The translations under genes were made by a program, and so were the position numbers. The notes under the pieces were generated by a model. That model searched no databases. It worked only from the letters and a program-made list of their open reading frames with translations, and was not told the origin of the DNA. 64,000 nt of DNA, from positions 1,853,048 through 1,917,047 of the forward strand of contig NW_003314270.1 in the NCBI RefSeq assembly GCF_000143415.4, given 5' to 3'. Shown one piece after another: positions 44,813-57,274 of this stretch (the first letter of the stretch is position 1; the number at the start of each line of letters is the position of its first letter). This DNA comes from Selaginella moellendorffii (lineage: Eukaryota; Plantae; Lycopodiophyta).

Positions 44813-47369
44813 CTACGCTCGAACTTTTCCGATCGAGGACACCATCTGTGTGTGAAAACGAAGTACGATTGTGAACAACTCAAAGCTACTGCCAGAAAAA
44901 AACGAAAAAGAAGAAGAGAACTTTCAAGACATACCAGTAGCGTGTTCATGGGTCCTTTGAGAACATTGTCGTTGACAGTGATGCCGTCGAGATACTGTGT
45001 GAGAGCGGACTGGAGGCGGAAGTTTTCAGCGGCGACTCTTTTCTTCTCGAGATCGAGTGCCATCTTGTCGAGCAAGACCTGGTAAAAAAGACGAAAGCAT
45101 CAAAACTGGACTGCGAATTCTACGAACATGTACCTTGTTGTAGCGCTGTTGAAACTGGGAGAGATAATTCCACTCTTCGACTTCGCTCCCAGATTTATCG
45201 GTGGCATAAGCTGCGGGCCTGTAGACCTCCTCCTGTTTCTCCAGCTTTTCGCCATGAAACAAAATTCGTGGCTTCTCTGTTATAGTGACGCTTCTCTTTT
45301 GTCCTTTCACCTTGGTGTCAACAACGTCATCGGCCGTATCTGAACAGAACATCGATTAGTTACAAGGAAAAGAATATTGTATGAGGTTACCATCGTCTTC
45401 TGGCAAGAGGTCAGGCATAATAGAACGACTGCAATGCAAAGGATCAAACGGGAAAATCCTTTCATGCTCCGTTTCCAGCTGCTTGAGAGAAAACAAGTGT
45501 TTGAATAACTGTGATACTACAAAACTATGTACCTTGCAGTTAAGATCTCCAAGCCTGATGATGCGGTCGGACACTTCCAGCTTACCAGTAAGATCTAGTC
45601 TCGCTTCCTCGCTCATTTTCGATATTTCCTGCAAAATATGTTTCAGATGCAAAAAGGGAGAGGACTCGAATACGAACCTTGAGTTTTATGTGCTCGGAAT
45701 TTCTCATTTTCAAGAGCTTCTTCTTGAGTTCTTGATAATGCTGGTTGACAGAATCTTTCTGGTCGCGAAGTGCCTTGTTTATTCCTTCCCATTCTCGGCT
45801 GTTTAACCCCCTGGGTGAGAACTCTGATCCTAATAGCGCCGTTGTCAAAGAACCTGTTCGTGGCTATCTTTGCCCGCCAGTAAGAAATGCTTTCATGTAT
45901 ATGGATGAGCTTTCTCATTCTTTGCTCAATTAGCTTCGCAGTAACCTTGTCCTTTTCGATCATCCTCTTAAATGCCTGTGTCTTTGTATCTGTACTTGAC
46001 AGATAGGACTGTGACGGAGATGCAGAATGTGAGTTAGTCGTAGAAATCCACAGCAAAAAGTAGTACCTGATGTGTCTGCTCCAAGCGCCGCTCGAGTTCT
46101 TCTATTGCATTCTCAAGTGAAATTTTCAGGACGTTGTATTCCTCCATGTTCTTGTTCTGAAACAGGCGAAAAGCAAACCAAAATGAATGCAATCTCATAG
46201 AAAGGCGGAGTTACTTTGAGCTCTTCGCGGTTGGCCTCAAACTCTTGACGCATCTCTGTTTCAGCCTCTTTGAATTCCGCTTCCATTGCAGCCATCATAT
46301 CATTCAATACCTATATAGAACTGAAGAAGACGTTGAGATTGAGTTAAACTAGTCTGTCTTACCTTTTTCTGCTTGTCATGGGCCCTGACAACATCCATCT
46401 TTTCATTGTTGAAATCTGTGGAAAGTTCATGAAGACGATTCTGGAACTCCTCGTCCATACCCTGTCACCATAAATTATAGACATCCAGACGAAATGACTC
46501 AAGAAAAAGTTACCTTCAAACGAGAATAATGCAAATCAATCAGACCATCAACGATGTGCAAATGTTTGCTGAATAGCATGAGATGCTGTCCTTCGGACTC
46601 CTCCAGCTCCTTGAACAATGACGAGATGAGTGCATCTTTCCTCCTAACCTGAAGAACAGCATACATAAAAGGAGTTTTCTCAGAAGTATTTTCATGGCAA
46701 ACCTGAAAATCGTGCTCTTCCGAGCACTGCATGACTTCCTCCCGCAGCTCCTTGGTTTTATCTTGTCGAAGTATTTCTCTCCATTTAGCATGAATTTCTC
46801 GCGTGTTATCTTTCGTATATCGCTCCTCTCTTTCCTAAAACATGGCAGATTCGAGAAATCAGAGCTTGAACAAAATGTAATGAACCAGAAAACTTGCCTG
46901 AAGCTGCACTAAGCGAGCACGCTGTTCCGCTTCTTTTTTCTTCCGTGCTTCTTCAGCCTGTTGAGAAAGACAAGCGTAATGAACTAAATAACCACGAGTG
47001 TCACCTTGAGAGTCATCATCTGTGCCTTGAGCTTCTTCTCCTCCGGCGTCATCTTCTTTCCCTGCGGAAAAAATCTCAGCTAAATCAATACGAAAGAAAT
47101 CGTAGAGCTGAGAAGTCATGAAGCAAAAAGAGTTTTTGAGCTAGCGACGTGTGTTGAATTTCTTTATCGACAGTGAAAGCAAGAATTCTACAGATTGAGC
47201 TACTTCTAGAAACGATTTCAATGAGAGCTAAGATTCTCCATGGCTAGAAGGACAATTTGTTGTTAAGAACGCTACAAGAGCTACTCAAATGAGAGATGAA
47301 AGAGACAGGAGCTTCTCCTCGAATCGAGAGGAAAGATTGCGCAGGCAAGAGTCACATTACCTTGGCCAT
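44813..47369 (-). CDS. DRC2: Dynein regulatory complex subunit 2 (CCDC65/DRC2), multi-exon
   Basis: RRKDALISSLFKELEESEGQ, HLHIVDGLIDLH, EMRQEFEANREELK, WRAKIATNSREWE, LTQYLDGITVNDNVL; coiled coils; ends approximate. Confidence 0.78.
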
Positions 47370-47545
47370 GGCTGGGGATGCCGGAAGGAATGGCGAAGAA
47401 ATCCCAAAGCCCTAGCTATGGCGCCAACCGGCATTCAAAGACCGATGCCACATCACAAATAGTGCGCTACACACGTGGACGTCGGAGATGTCATAAGGGA
47501 TTTTCGCGAGATAGGGTTTGTGGCGGAGGGTTCGAGTGATGCAGT

Positions 47546-50500
47546 ATGATCAACGATGGAAAGCTCTTCAAAGCTCAGATTCCTGAGAGATCGCTGCTGG
47601 CAGCTCCAGCTGATGGCGCCGCCGCCGCCGCTGCCGATTCTTCCTCGCCGTCGCCGTCTGGGAGTTCCAGAAGATCGGTGTTTAGTCATCTAGGGCCTCC
47701 CGCGAGTGACAAGGTAGCGATTGGCGCATGGGAATTTGTGGTTTGATTCGGGGATTTGATGCAGGAGCGCGCAGCTCGAGAGCGAATCGATGCACAGAAG
47801 TACGATGTGGAGGCGTGGGAAATTCTTGCGGATGAGGCCCAGGTAAATGCTGCTGCTTTCGTTGCTCACATACTTTTTGCCGATCCAGTCTAGACCGATT
47901 GCTCACGCGACGGGAATTTTCGAGCTACTCGTTTCTACCTTTCCAACTGCGGTAAATATTCTTTTCCTTTTTCTCGGACGTCTTCTTACGTTGGTTTCTC
48001 GTAAAGGGGAAGTTCTGGAAGATGTACGCGGAAGCTATGATCAAGGCGAGCAACGATGATGCGGTCCGGCATATCTTTAGCCGTTGTTTGCTCAGCTGCT
48101 TCCATTTGGAGCTATGGTAAACGAGTAACATTGTGTGTGCTTGAGCTGATGGTACTGTCTCCAGGAAATGCTACATCAAGTTTATTCGCAGAGTGAATGA
48201 ACAGAAAGGCCCTGAATCAAAAGAGGAAACGAGGAAAGCTTTCGAGTTCACAGTCGGTCATGTTGGTACGTAGCTTCTACATTTGCTTCTTCGTATCTCA
48301 TCGATTGTCTCGCAGGAATGGACATATCAGCAGGACCTTTGTGGTTCGAGTACATCACATTCCTGAAAACGATGCCCGTACGCTCGCTGGCTCCAAATGT
48401 TTTCTCGTTCTAACTCTTCCTTCCAACAGATTTCTAGTCCTCAGGAAGAGGCTCAGCGAATGCTCCTGCTCCGCAAAGCTTATCAGCAAGCTGTACTCTC
48501 CCCGATCCATCACATTGAGCAACTGTGGAAAGAGTATGAAAGCTTCGAGAACACCATCAGCCGGGCACTGGTTGGCAGCTACTTCCCTCCCTCCATCTCT
48601 CGTCTTCCAAGGAGAAACCTTGTAGCTCGTATGCAGATGAATAAAGATGGCATTGTGTCTCCGCTCCGGCTTTCTCCGTTTTTTTTTCTTCTTCTTCTTT
48701 TAGTTTTCCTTTCTTTTCTTCTTTCAGTTTTCTTTTTCTCTGTGAAGGTCTTCTAAAGTACACGCGCTTGTTATGCAGGCAAAAGGACTTGTGGCCGACT
48801 TCCAGCCAAAGCACTTCAATGCTCGTGCTGTCTACAGGGAACGAAAGAAGTTCTGGGACCAAATTGATCAGAGTTTGCTACCAGTTCCTTTTGCCGGTTC
48901 TTTCAAAGCAAGTTCTTTTTCTTGTCTGCCGAAGTTCTAACGTGTTTTCCTGTGACAGGAAGAACAACAAAATTCTTCGTGGAAGCAACTTCTTGCGTTT
49001 GAAAAGTAACTACAGCTCTTGAGTCCGTTTTCGTTAAAAGCTTACAAGGTCGATTGCAGGAACAATCCTCAGCGGTTGGAGCCTGCTCTTTTGGCTAGAC
49101 GTGTGGTGTTTACTTATGAGCAAGTACGTCGTTTTTGTTTCCCTTGATTTTGTCGATTGAGCTAGATTTTTTGCAGTGCCTTATGTATTTTTACCATTAC
49201 CCAGATATTTGGTATGATTATGCAATGTGGCTCGCTCAAAATGGATCAAATGACAATGCTGCCGTAGTTTTTGGGAGAGCTCTCATTGCCTTGCCAGGTT
49301 TATGGAATTTTTAGTGATACTCAAAACTGACACTCGCTGCATTTTCTTTAGATGCAACAATCATCTATTATGCTTACGCAGAATTTGAAGAAGCTAGAGG
49401 CTCCATCAAGGTACGAAAATTCATCTTTTGGCGATTTATATACCACCGTTTCAATCCAGGATGCGAAGAAGATTTATGAAACTCTTGTGAGTCATGAAAA
49501 AATAGCAAATTCCTTGGCTCATATACAGGTTCGTTCGATCTAGGACTTCATTTGTTTCATCATAACGATTCTTCCAGCTGATGCGCTTCGTGAGGAGAAC
49601 CGAAGGCATTGAGGCCGCTCGCAAGGTTTTTTCCGAGGCACGAAAGAGTCCTTCCTGCACATATCATCTTTACGTGGCGTGTGCCGTGATGGTTTTCTGC
49701 GTTGACAAGGACCCAAAGGTTTGCAACCTTATTTTTAACGCGTCAACAAAGCTGCTGTTTGTGCAGGTAGCGCGAGACATATTTGAGTTAGGATTGAAAA
49801 AGTACATTCATGAGCCTAGTTACGTGACAGAGTGCGTATATTAAAAAAAAAAAATCCTTGGTTCATAGTAATCCTCTGACTTCGCAAATTTGTAAAACAG
49901 GTATGCTGACTTTCTTTGTCGTCTAAACGACGACAGAAATGTGCGAGCACTTTTTGAGCGTGCTCTGAATGTTCTTCCAGCAGAAGAGTCCGTAGAAGTA
50001 TGTAATTCTCAAAGTATTAGTCAAGGAACGTTTTGTAATTCTTTCTTGCAGGTATGGAATCGATTTTTGGCGTTTGAACAAATGTATGGTGACATTCCGA
50101 GCATGCTGAAGGTAAGAGATGTATGGCCTTAAGAACTGAGATGTAAGTCACTGGCTTTTGTTCAAGGTGGCACAAAGAAGGAAAGAAGCTTTGACTGGAG
50201 ATGATGGTGTCGCGGTAGCATCCTCAGAAAGCTCGATGCAGCAGCTAATATCTCGTTACCGCTTTTTGGATCTCTGGCCTTGTTCATCACAGGATCTCGA
50301 CCACCTCGCGCAGCAACAGGTTGTATATGCATTCGTCTTTGTTTTTAATTAATTCTCTGTCTCCTACAGATTATGTTGCAAAAGCTGGAAGAGAAACAGT
50401 TGGCTATTGGTAACGTACAAGGTTTGCAATGCATTTCACACACGCTTAAGTACAGTTTTCTTGTCTTATCAGGCGCGAAGAAGTCTCAGAACTCCGTAGC

Positions 50501-51289
50501 GACACCTCCGAAGAACTTGATTCGGCCAGACGTATCGCAAATGACTCCGTATGATCCCAAGCCAGGTACTTGGAAGTTCCTGATCGCTTGCAGTTTTTAA
50601 TTGTTTTCTCTTGTGTCATGTTTAGCGGGAAATGACGCCCTTGTGCTGAGTGGTCTGGGACTTCAAGGTTGTCTTGCTACTTCTTCGGGAAGCAATTGAA
50701 CTTACAAATATGATTTCAGGTTCTACTGCTATGCCTGGATTGGCCTCTCGTGCGGGTCTTGGACGAGGTCCTGCGGATGATTCTTCAATGGAAGAGCTCT
50801 TGAGGCTCTTACCACCAGCAGTAAAAACGTTTCTTAGCCAGCTTCCACCTGTTGATGGTAAGTTCTCGTTTGATATACTGGAGCGAATACATATCGTCTC
50901 TGCTTCGTCGCAGGACCCATTCCCGATGTAGACCTGGTGATATCTATTCTACTCGAGAATGAAGTTCCCAATCCCACGGGACCAAACGGAAGCACAAAGT
51001 CCGCAGCTGCAACATCAGGAAGAGCTGGACGCCACGCAAAACGCAAGGACCTCGAAGGTAAGGTATCGATTCGTGCTGCGGCAAATAATTCACTCGTGGT
51101 CTTTGCTTTCCAGCTCAAGAAGAAGACGACGCAGCGTTACAGTCCCAGGCAGCTCAAAGTGGTCCGAAGGACGTGTTCCGGATGCGCCAGCTCCAGAGGT
51201 CGAGAGCCGTGAGCAACGCCAGCGCCAAAAGGCTACAACAGTCGTCCACTTCGAGCGGCTTAAGCGCCGAGAAGTCTGTAAGTAATTGA
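47546..51289 (+). CDS. CSTF77: Cleavage stimulation factor 77 kDa (CstF77/Suf/RNA14), HAT repeats
   Basis: YDVEAWEILA, FPTAGKFWKMY, LRKAYQQAVLSPIHHIEQLWKEYESFE, YHYPDIWYDYA, MRFVRRTEGIEAARKVF, KDVFRMRQLQR. Confidence 0.93.
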
Positions 51290-52037
51290 AGCCATCATTT
51301 CCTTCTCTTTCCTATGTACATGGATTCATTAACTTCCCTGAGAGGCCATTTTGGCTGGCACAGGCTCTCTTCATATCTAGCACGGCTTTTCTTCGTTCCA
51401 GTTCGTCAAAACACTAGAGCTCGCGAAGCCGTGTCGTCGGCACTAACTCGGAGAAGAACTCTCTTTCCTGACGTAGAAGAAGTCGAAGGAAAAAAACGTC
51501 ACGCATTGCGTCGTTTCATTCCGTTAAGGCCACCTTTCATCACACGAGACGAGCGCTGCTGTACTTTTTCCCTGCGGTTGTAAAGAGCACAGCGAGCTCT
51601 TTCGTTTTGTCGCATAAAAAAACTGACCATCGGAACCAAGCCAAAGAGAATGTGATGAGAAAGAGAGAAACTACCTGGGCGCGTTCCATCCCAGACAAGA
51701 GTACGCATCCTTGACCTGGAAGGAATGGCGACCATTATAAAACCAAGGTCAAGAACACACCACTCCAAAGTCCTCACGTGTACCTCTCTGCCGATAAGGA
51801 TAGCTCCCTCTTTGTCCCGCAAATTCTTCCACCCAGCAGTCGAGAGTTTCCACAGGGACCAACGATTTCCCTCCACCTATACAGTCCGTCCACCACAGCC
51901 AAAGCTAAGCTCTCGCGTTTTCCAGAGTTTGTGTGGATGCCTGGCGCGAGGACCACCATCACCACCGAGCCAGTTCTTCGAGAGCTTCCACTTGATGAGA
52001 ACGACGACGAGGGCGGCGAGAGAGCTCACTTTCAGCG

Positions 52038-52799
52038 ATGGTTGACAAGCTCTGCCACCACAAAGTAGCCAGGATCGAGGACGGAAGGTACTTGCCGCAG
52101 CAGCGGAGTAGTCACAGCAGCAGCCGAGAGGGATCGCTGCGTCCCAAGTATAAAGGAGTACGTAAGCGGAGCTGGGGGAAGTATGTCTCGGAGATCCGGG
52201 AGCCGAACAAGAGGTCGCGGATCTGGCTCGGCTCCTTCGAGACACCCGAGATGGCGGCTCGAGCCTACGACGCTGCTGTTCTGTGCCTGAGAGGTGCCAA
52301 TTCTAGCTTCAACTTTCCAGAGTTCCTGCCTGGCCTGCCGCGTCCTTTGCCGACCACCAACAAGGAGATCCAAGCTCTGGCTGTTTTCGCTGCTCAGCAA
52401 GCTCGAGTTACTAGCACCACTGCTACCGCTGCTGCTGCTGCTGCTGCTCCTAACTTGGTTCGTGTGCAGGCACCTCCATCAATCTCTTCGACTGCTGAGT
52501 TCTACCATCGGAGAAGATCCAGTCAAGAAAGCCTCCGAGCTGTTCCCGACGAGAGTGGCGGTGGCAGCAAGCGAGGCGCAGTAGGTCCAGTCGCTCAGAG
52601 TTCCAATCCAAACGCATCGTCTACATCAGCAGCGCCTGTGTCAGCACCGAACTCGTCGCGTTCCACGACATCTAGTGACACAGTACCGGCTGCTGTCGGC
52701 TCCACCGAGATACTTTCAGCAATCCCACTGTGGATGGACGCTCCAGAAGACGCGAGTGACTTGGATCTCTGGACGTATCCCGAGTTTCCATGCACCTGA
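52038..52799 (+). CDS. AP2/ERF transcription factor, DREB subfamily
   Basis: [53 protein letters not shown]; acidic C-terminus with LW motif. Confidence 0.93.
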   Translation: MVDKLCHHKVARIEDGRYLPQQRSSHSSSREGSLRPKYKGVRKRSWGKYVSEIREPNKRSRIWLGSFETPEMAARAYDAAVLCLRGANSSFNFPEFLPGLPRPLPTTNKEIQALAVFAAQQARVTSTTATAAAAAAAPNLVRVQAPPSISSTAEFYHRRRSSQESLRAVPDESGGGSKRGAVGPVAQSSNPNASSTSAAPVSAPNSSRSTTSSDTVPAAVGSTEILSAIPLWMDAPEDASDLDLWTYPEFPCT

Positions 52800-53090
52800 A
52801 GCTGAGACGATTTTTCGCCGGGGATCTTGTTTTGGGCATTCCTTTTCTTTGTCCTATCTCCATCTAGATCAAGCAACATGTCAAAAGATTAGAAAACAAA
52901 ATAAAGAAAGAAAAAGAACAGGAAAGAAGCTAGCAGCCTGTACCTGATTCATTTCATAGCGAAGCCGTTAAATCAATCTTGCTAACAGTAAAGCAAAGAA
53001 AGCAATGTAAACGACCAACGTGAAGGAGCTAAAGTTGTAGCGCGAATGTTATACGAAAGGTCACAAGCGAAAAGAACAAAAACTACATTT

Positions 53091-53746
53091 CTACACCTCG
53101 TCTTCGTTGAGGAGCATGTTTGGGATACCTTTCGCTACGGGGAATTTTCTCCCAGTCTCTGGACAGACCAAGTCTCCTTCCTCTAGATGGATCTGAGAAA
53201 AAGCGAAGCGTGACGAAGTGAGCAACAGGATTTTCTTTCGTTTTCTCGTTCGTACCTCAAGGAGAGCATGATGAAATCGCCGCAGGAAGTCATCATCGTC
53301 CAGCATTGAGGGCTCTACTTGCTCGGGAAGATCATTCACACCTAGCTGGAACACAATAAGACCGAGCACGAGGATGAGAAAGCTAAAGCAAAGAAAAAGA
53401 ATTCGGAGCAAACGATACTATCAAGAACTAGAAGCTTTGTAGAAAATAGTGGAAAGAACGAACAAGCATAGAATGTAAGAAAACCATTTAAGAGACTAGC
53501 AATCGTCATTTTCGAAGAAACAATAGAAAGCATCTGGGCTAACAAAGAACACCTTGAGAGCAAACTTACAGTCTTTGCGGCTTCCTGGAACGCTTTCCAC
53601 TCGATTTTGGGGAAGGAATGGCGCAAGAACTGCGGATTAAACTCTACCGTCTTGGTTTCCAGCTTGGCGACCTCGATGCCGAGCGGGAATCCCTTGCTGA
53701 CGCCCTTGATGTTGCAGGACAGCATGTTGTGCGTTAGCAGCCTCAT
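53091..53746 (-). CDS. TRM112: TRM112 methyltransferase activator (3 exons)
   Basis: MRLLTHNMLSCNIKGV..FPL, LEEGDLVCPETGRKFPVAKGIPNMLLNEDEV. Confidence 0.96.
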
Positions 53747-53767
53747 CGCGATCGCGCACAATCCAAG

Positions 53768-53798
53768 AACCCTAAAACCCCGGGTTTTATTTAGGGTT
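53768..53798. promoter_or_regulatory. Inverted pair of telo-box-like motifs in the TRM112/WDR75 divergent spacer
   Basis: AACCCTAAAACCCCGGGTTTTATTTAGGGTT. Confidence 0.65.
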
Positions 53799-53806
53799 TT
53801 TCGGCT

Positions 53807-56800
53807 ATGGCGCTCCGGGGCGGGAGCTTCTTCGCCGATAAGCAGCCCTCCTTCTCTTGCGATGGGAGATTTCTTCTCGTGTGCACTGGATGCACGGTCT
53901 CCGTCCTCAGCGTCGCGACTGGACTCCGGGTAAGATCCTACTTGCATTTTCTCTTTCGCTGCTGCTAGATTTCGAGGAATGCGTGATCCAGGTCGCGGAG
54001 CTGCAAGGCCACACCGATAGAGTGACGAGCATTGTCGTGGTTAAAGGCCTGGAAGAGGCCAAGTCCGTGCTCACACACGCTTGGACTTCGTCATGGGACA
54101 AAACCATTCGGCTCTGGAACTTCATGACAGCGACACAGATCACAGTGATCGACGTTGGCTACAAAGTAGTGTCTATGGTACGCGAGCAGCACGAAACTCT
54201 TTCCTCTCTATGTTCTATTGAGATGAAGTGAATTTTTCCGGTAATTTCAGGTGATCCCAGGAGCATCATCTACGCTTTCTGATGACAAGGGTGTTGCGTT
54301 CTTGTCCGTTGCGTGGGACAAAGAAGTGATAACTTCGAATGTCCAAGCTGAGCAAGAACAACAGTCTGAGTCAGAAGAGTCTGAGTCAGATGATAAAGAA
54401 GAATCGGGAGGAGAAGAAAAGATGGGAGGCGAAGCAGAAACCAAGATTTCAGACACAACAGTCATTCGCAAGACAGAATTTCGAGGCTACACTGGTCGAG
54501 TCTTACTACTTCATATAGCTTCGCAGAAAACGGTGGAGGGGCACTTGGCAAAGGTTTGTTTTCTCAGAAGTTTGTTTTGTTTTGCTAAGTTTTCTACTTT
54601 CCAGACGAGTCTTCCGCGGGTGCTGGTGGCAAGCCGCAAGGGGAGCTTCGTTGGAATGGCTGATTCAGCGAAAGTCTGGGTATGGAAAGTCCCTGCTCCC
54701 AGTGTTGGCTATTGTTCGGAAGTTCAAGCGACGGTATTGCATCCATGGCAACCTTTAACAGTTATGGCTTTCGATCCTACCGAAACCTTGGTAGCGGCTG
54801 CTGACCGGCGGGGACTGATAACAGTTTGGAAAAACGTAGGAGAACGAACGTTTTATTCGAGCGACTATCGTCGAGGAAAGTCGGACAGTGGACGGGCAGA
54901 CGCTAACGATGATGCCGAGTCGAGGACAACATACCATTGGCATCATAAAGAAGTGGCATGTTTGAGCTTTACCGCCGATGGCTCATATTTGCTATCAGGT
55001 GAGTTTTTTTGCATTAACTTGTAGTTTTCCTGATCGCTTTATATACACAGGGGGACGGGAAGCGGTTTTTGTCATGTGGCACATTGAGACTGGGAACCAA
55101 CGGTTTCTTCCGCGCTTAGGAACTCCATTCAGATACATCACTAGCGCTCCTGATCCATCGGTGTTTGTGGTATGATGTTTAAGTTTCTCCATTGGCTTTT
55201 GTTGCTTACGTTTGGAGTTGCAGCTTTCCATGGCAGACAATTCATTGAGATTTCTAAACATTGGCAGCATGAGAATGGATCGCGTTATCTTCGGAATTAA
55301 GGTTGATATTGTCGTTATGATGCTAGTATCCTAACACCAAGTTTGGTGTTTGCTTTTTTTCAGCCTTATGTTACTTGTCCAGATACTCTTGAATGGTTAA
55401 ATGTCACCAAAGTGGCTCTTCATCATGTCCATGGGACCGTAGCTGTGCCTACAGCAAATCTCATAGTCCAATTTTACGATGTCCTCCTCGACAAGCACGC
55501 AAATCAGGTATGCCAAATTCTTAAATATAATGTGCAGAACTTTTACATGCAGTTGTGCAGATTCAAGTGTCACCAAGAAATTTCGTATCCTTTGATCACT
55601 CGAGGGGTGATTTTGGACAATCGGTAAGCTTTACTTTTGTCAAAAGACTCTTATTAACTGTAGATTGTCATCCTAGACGCTGGTTACACACGTTGCATTT
55701 TCAGCGGATGCCTCAGTGATGGTCACGGTTGACCTCAGAGTTGCAGAAGCCGGTGTCGGCGGAGGTTCTTTTCTAAAATTTTGGACAAAAAGTTCTGAGA
55801 ACATCCCCTATACTCTACACACTAGCGTTGATAGTCCCCATGGGTACGTACGTTCCTGCTAATCCGTTAGTACTTTTTTGAACTTGAGTTTTTTAGTGGG
55901 GAAGTGTTGGCTTTAGCATATCATCCCTCGAAGAACATTGCTGTTACGTGCTCCCGAGCCAATGATTTCAAGGTATGTCTTTGTAGTTTTCTGTGTGGAT
56001 ACTGATACTCGCCTTTAAAGTTATGGGTTCAAACGAAAAACGAGAGCAAGGACACCCACAACTGGCGATGCAGCGCAACTGGCTCCTACAAGTAAGCTTG
56101 ATACGACATATTATCTTTCTTTCTCTGAAAAGTGTGATTTAGGCAGAAACGCATGCATGCAGCAGCCTTTTCGCACGATGGAACTCTACTTGCGGTAGCT
56201 GCTGAGGAACTCATCACTTTGTGGAATCCTCTATCCAACACTCTTGTCTGTGTATTGAGTATTCCAGGTGCATTCCATGAGGTATTGCTTTTTAGCTTCG
56301 CGTCTTCATACTTGAAATGTCTTAACTTCCTTCGAACAGGTTGTGGGAATGTTATCCTTTGTTCCTAAATGCCCGTACCTCATTTCTGCATCATTCGGCA
56401 AGCAACCTCAGCTAACTGTGTGGAATTTGTCCACTCTTTCCGTATGGTGGTCTTACCAAGTCGAGGTCGAAGGTAATCTTCTGTTGTCAGCTGATGGTTT
56501 CCTCAGACAGCTTTATTAACAGGCATCACTGTGGATCCAAACGGCGGACACTTCGCAGTCCTCGCTTCGAGCCACACAAAACGGTATCATAAAGGAGGTG
56601 CTGAAGTTAAACGCAATGGAACCGCTCAAGTCTGCCTATTTAAGCCAGAAAGTCCGCTTCCAACCTCAGTCTGGGACTTTAAAGATGTAAGTGCGCGGCG
56701 CTGTGCGGCCTTATGCACCTAAACATATCCTTTTCTTGCAGGGCATTGGTGGTGCTCTCCTGTTCCTCCCTCCAACGGAGGAAGTGAACAAAGCCATCAA

Positions 56801-57179
56801 CGCAAGCTCCTCCGAATCCAAGTTACTTATCCTCAACAAACACCGGGAGTACGTTATATTCGATCCATACTCGGAGTCCAACCCAAAGCCTGCTTCCAAA
56901 ATCGCGGCCAATGCCGCAATCGAAGATGGTAAGCTTCTCTCTTTCAGCATTTATCTCTCTCTCACTCTCGAGCCATCGTTCACAGCTCTCGACACATTTA
57001 ACGCTATGTACCTCACCACAAACACATCCAAACCAATCGCCCAACACGATCAACTTAGCAAAATCACGTCAACACAGCCTTGGGGAGATCTCCTTAACGC
57101 ACCCTCTCACGTCCTACCATCGCTCACCGACATCGGCCAACAAATCTTGGAGAGTTTCCTGCAAAAGAAAGCACAGTGA
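53807..57179 (+). CDS. WDR75: WD40 SSU-processome protein WDR75/UTP17/NAN1
   Basis: GGSFFADKQPSFSCDGRFLLVCTG, LQGHTDRVT, TYHWHHKEV..LSFTADGSYLLSGGREAVFVMW, FLPRLG, APSHVLPSL. Confidence 0.88.
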
Positions 57180-57274
57180 AGAACACAAAGAACACGAAGA
57201 ACACTCGGGACTTTTGTTTCGACAAAAGGAAACATCTCCTTTTTTCTCTTATTCAGATAGCAATGCTGGATCCA

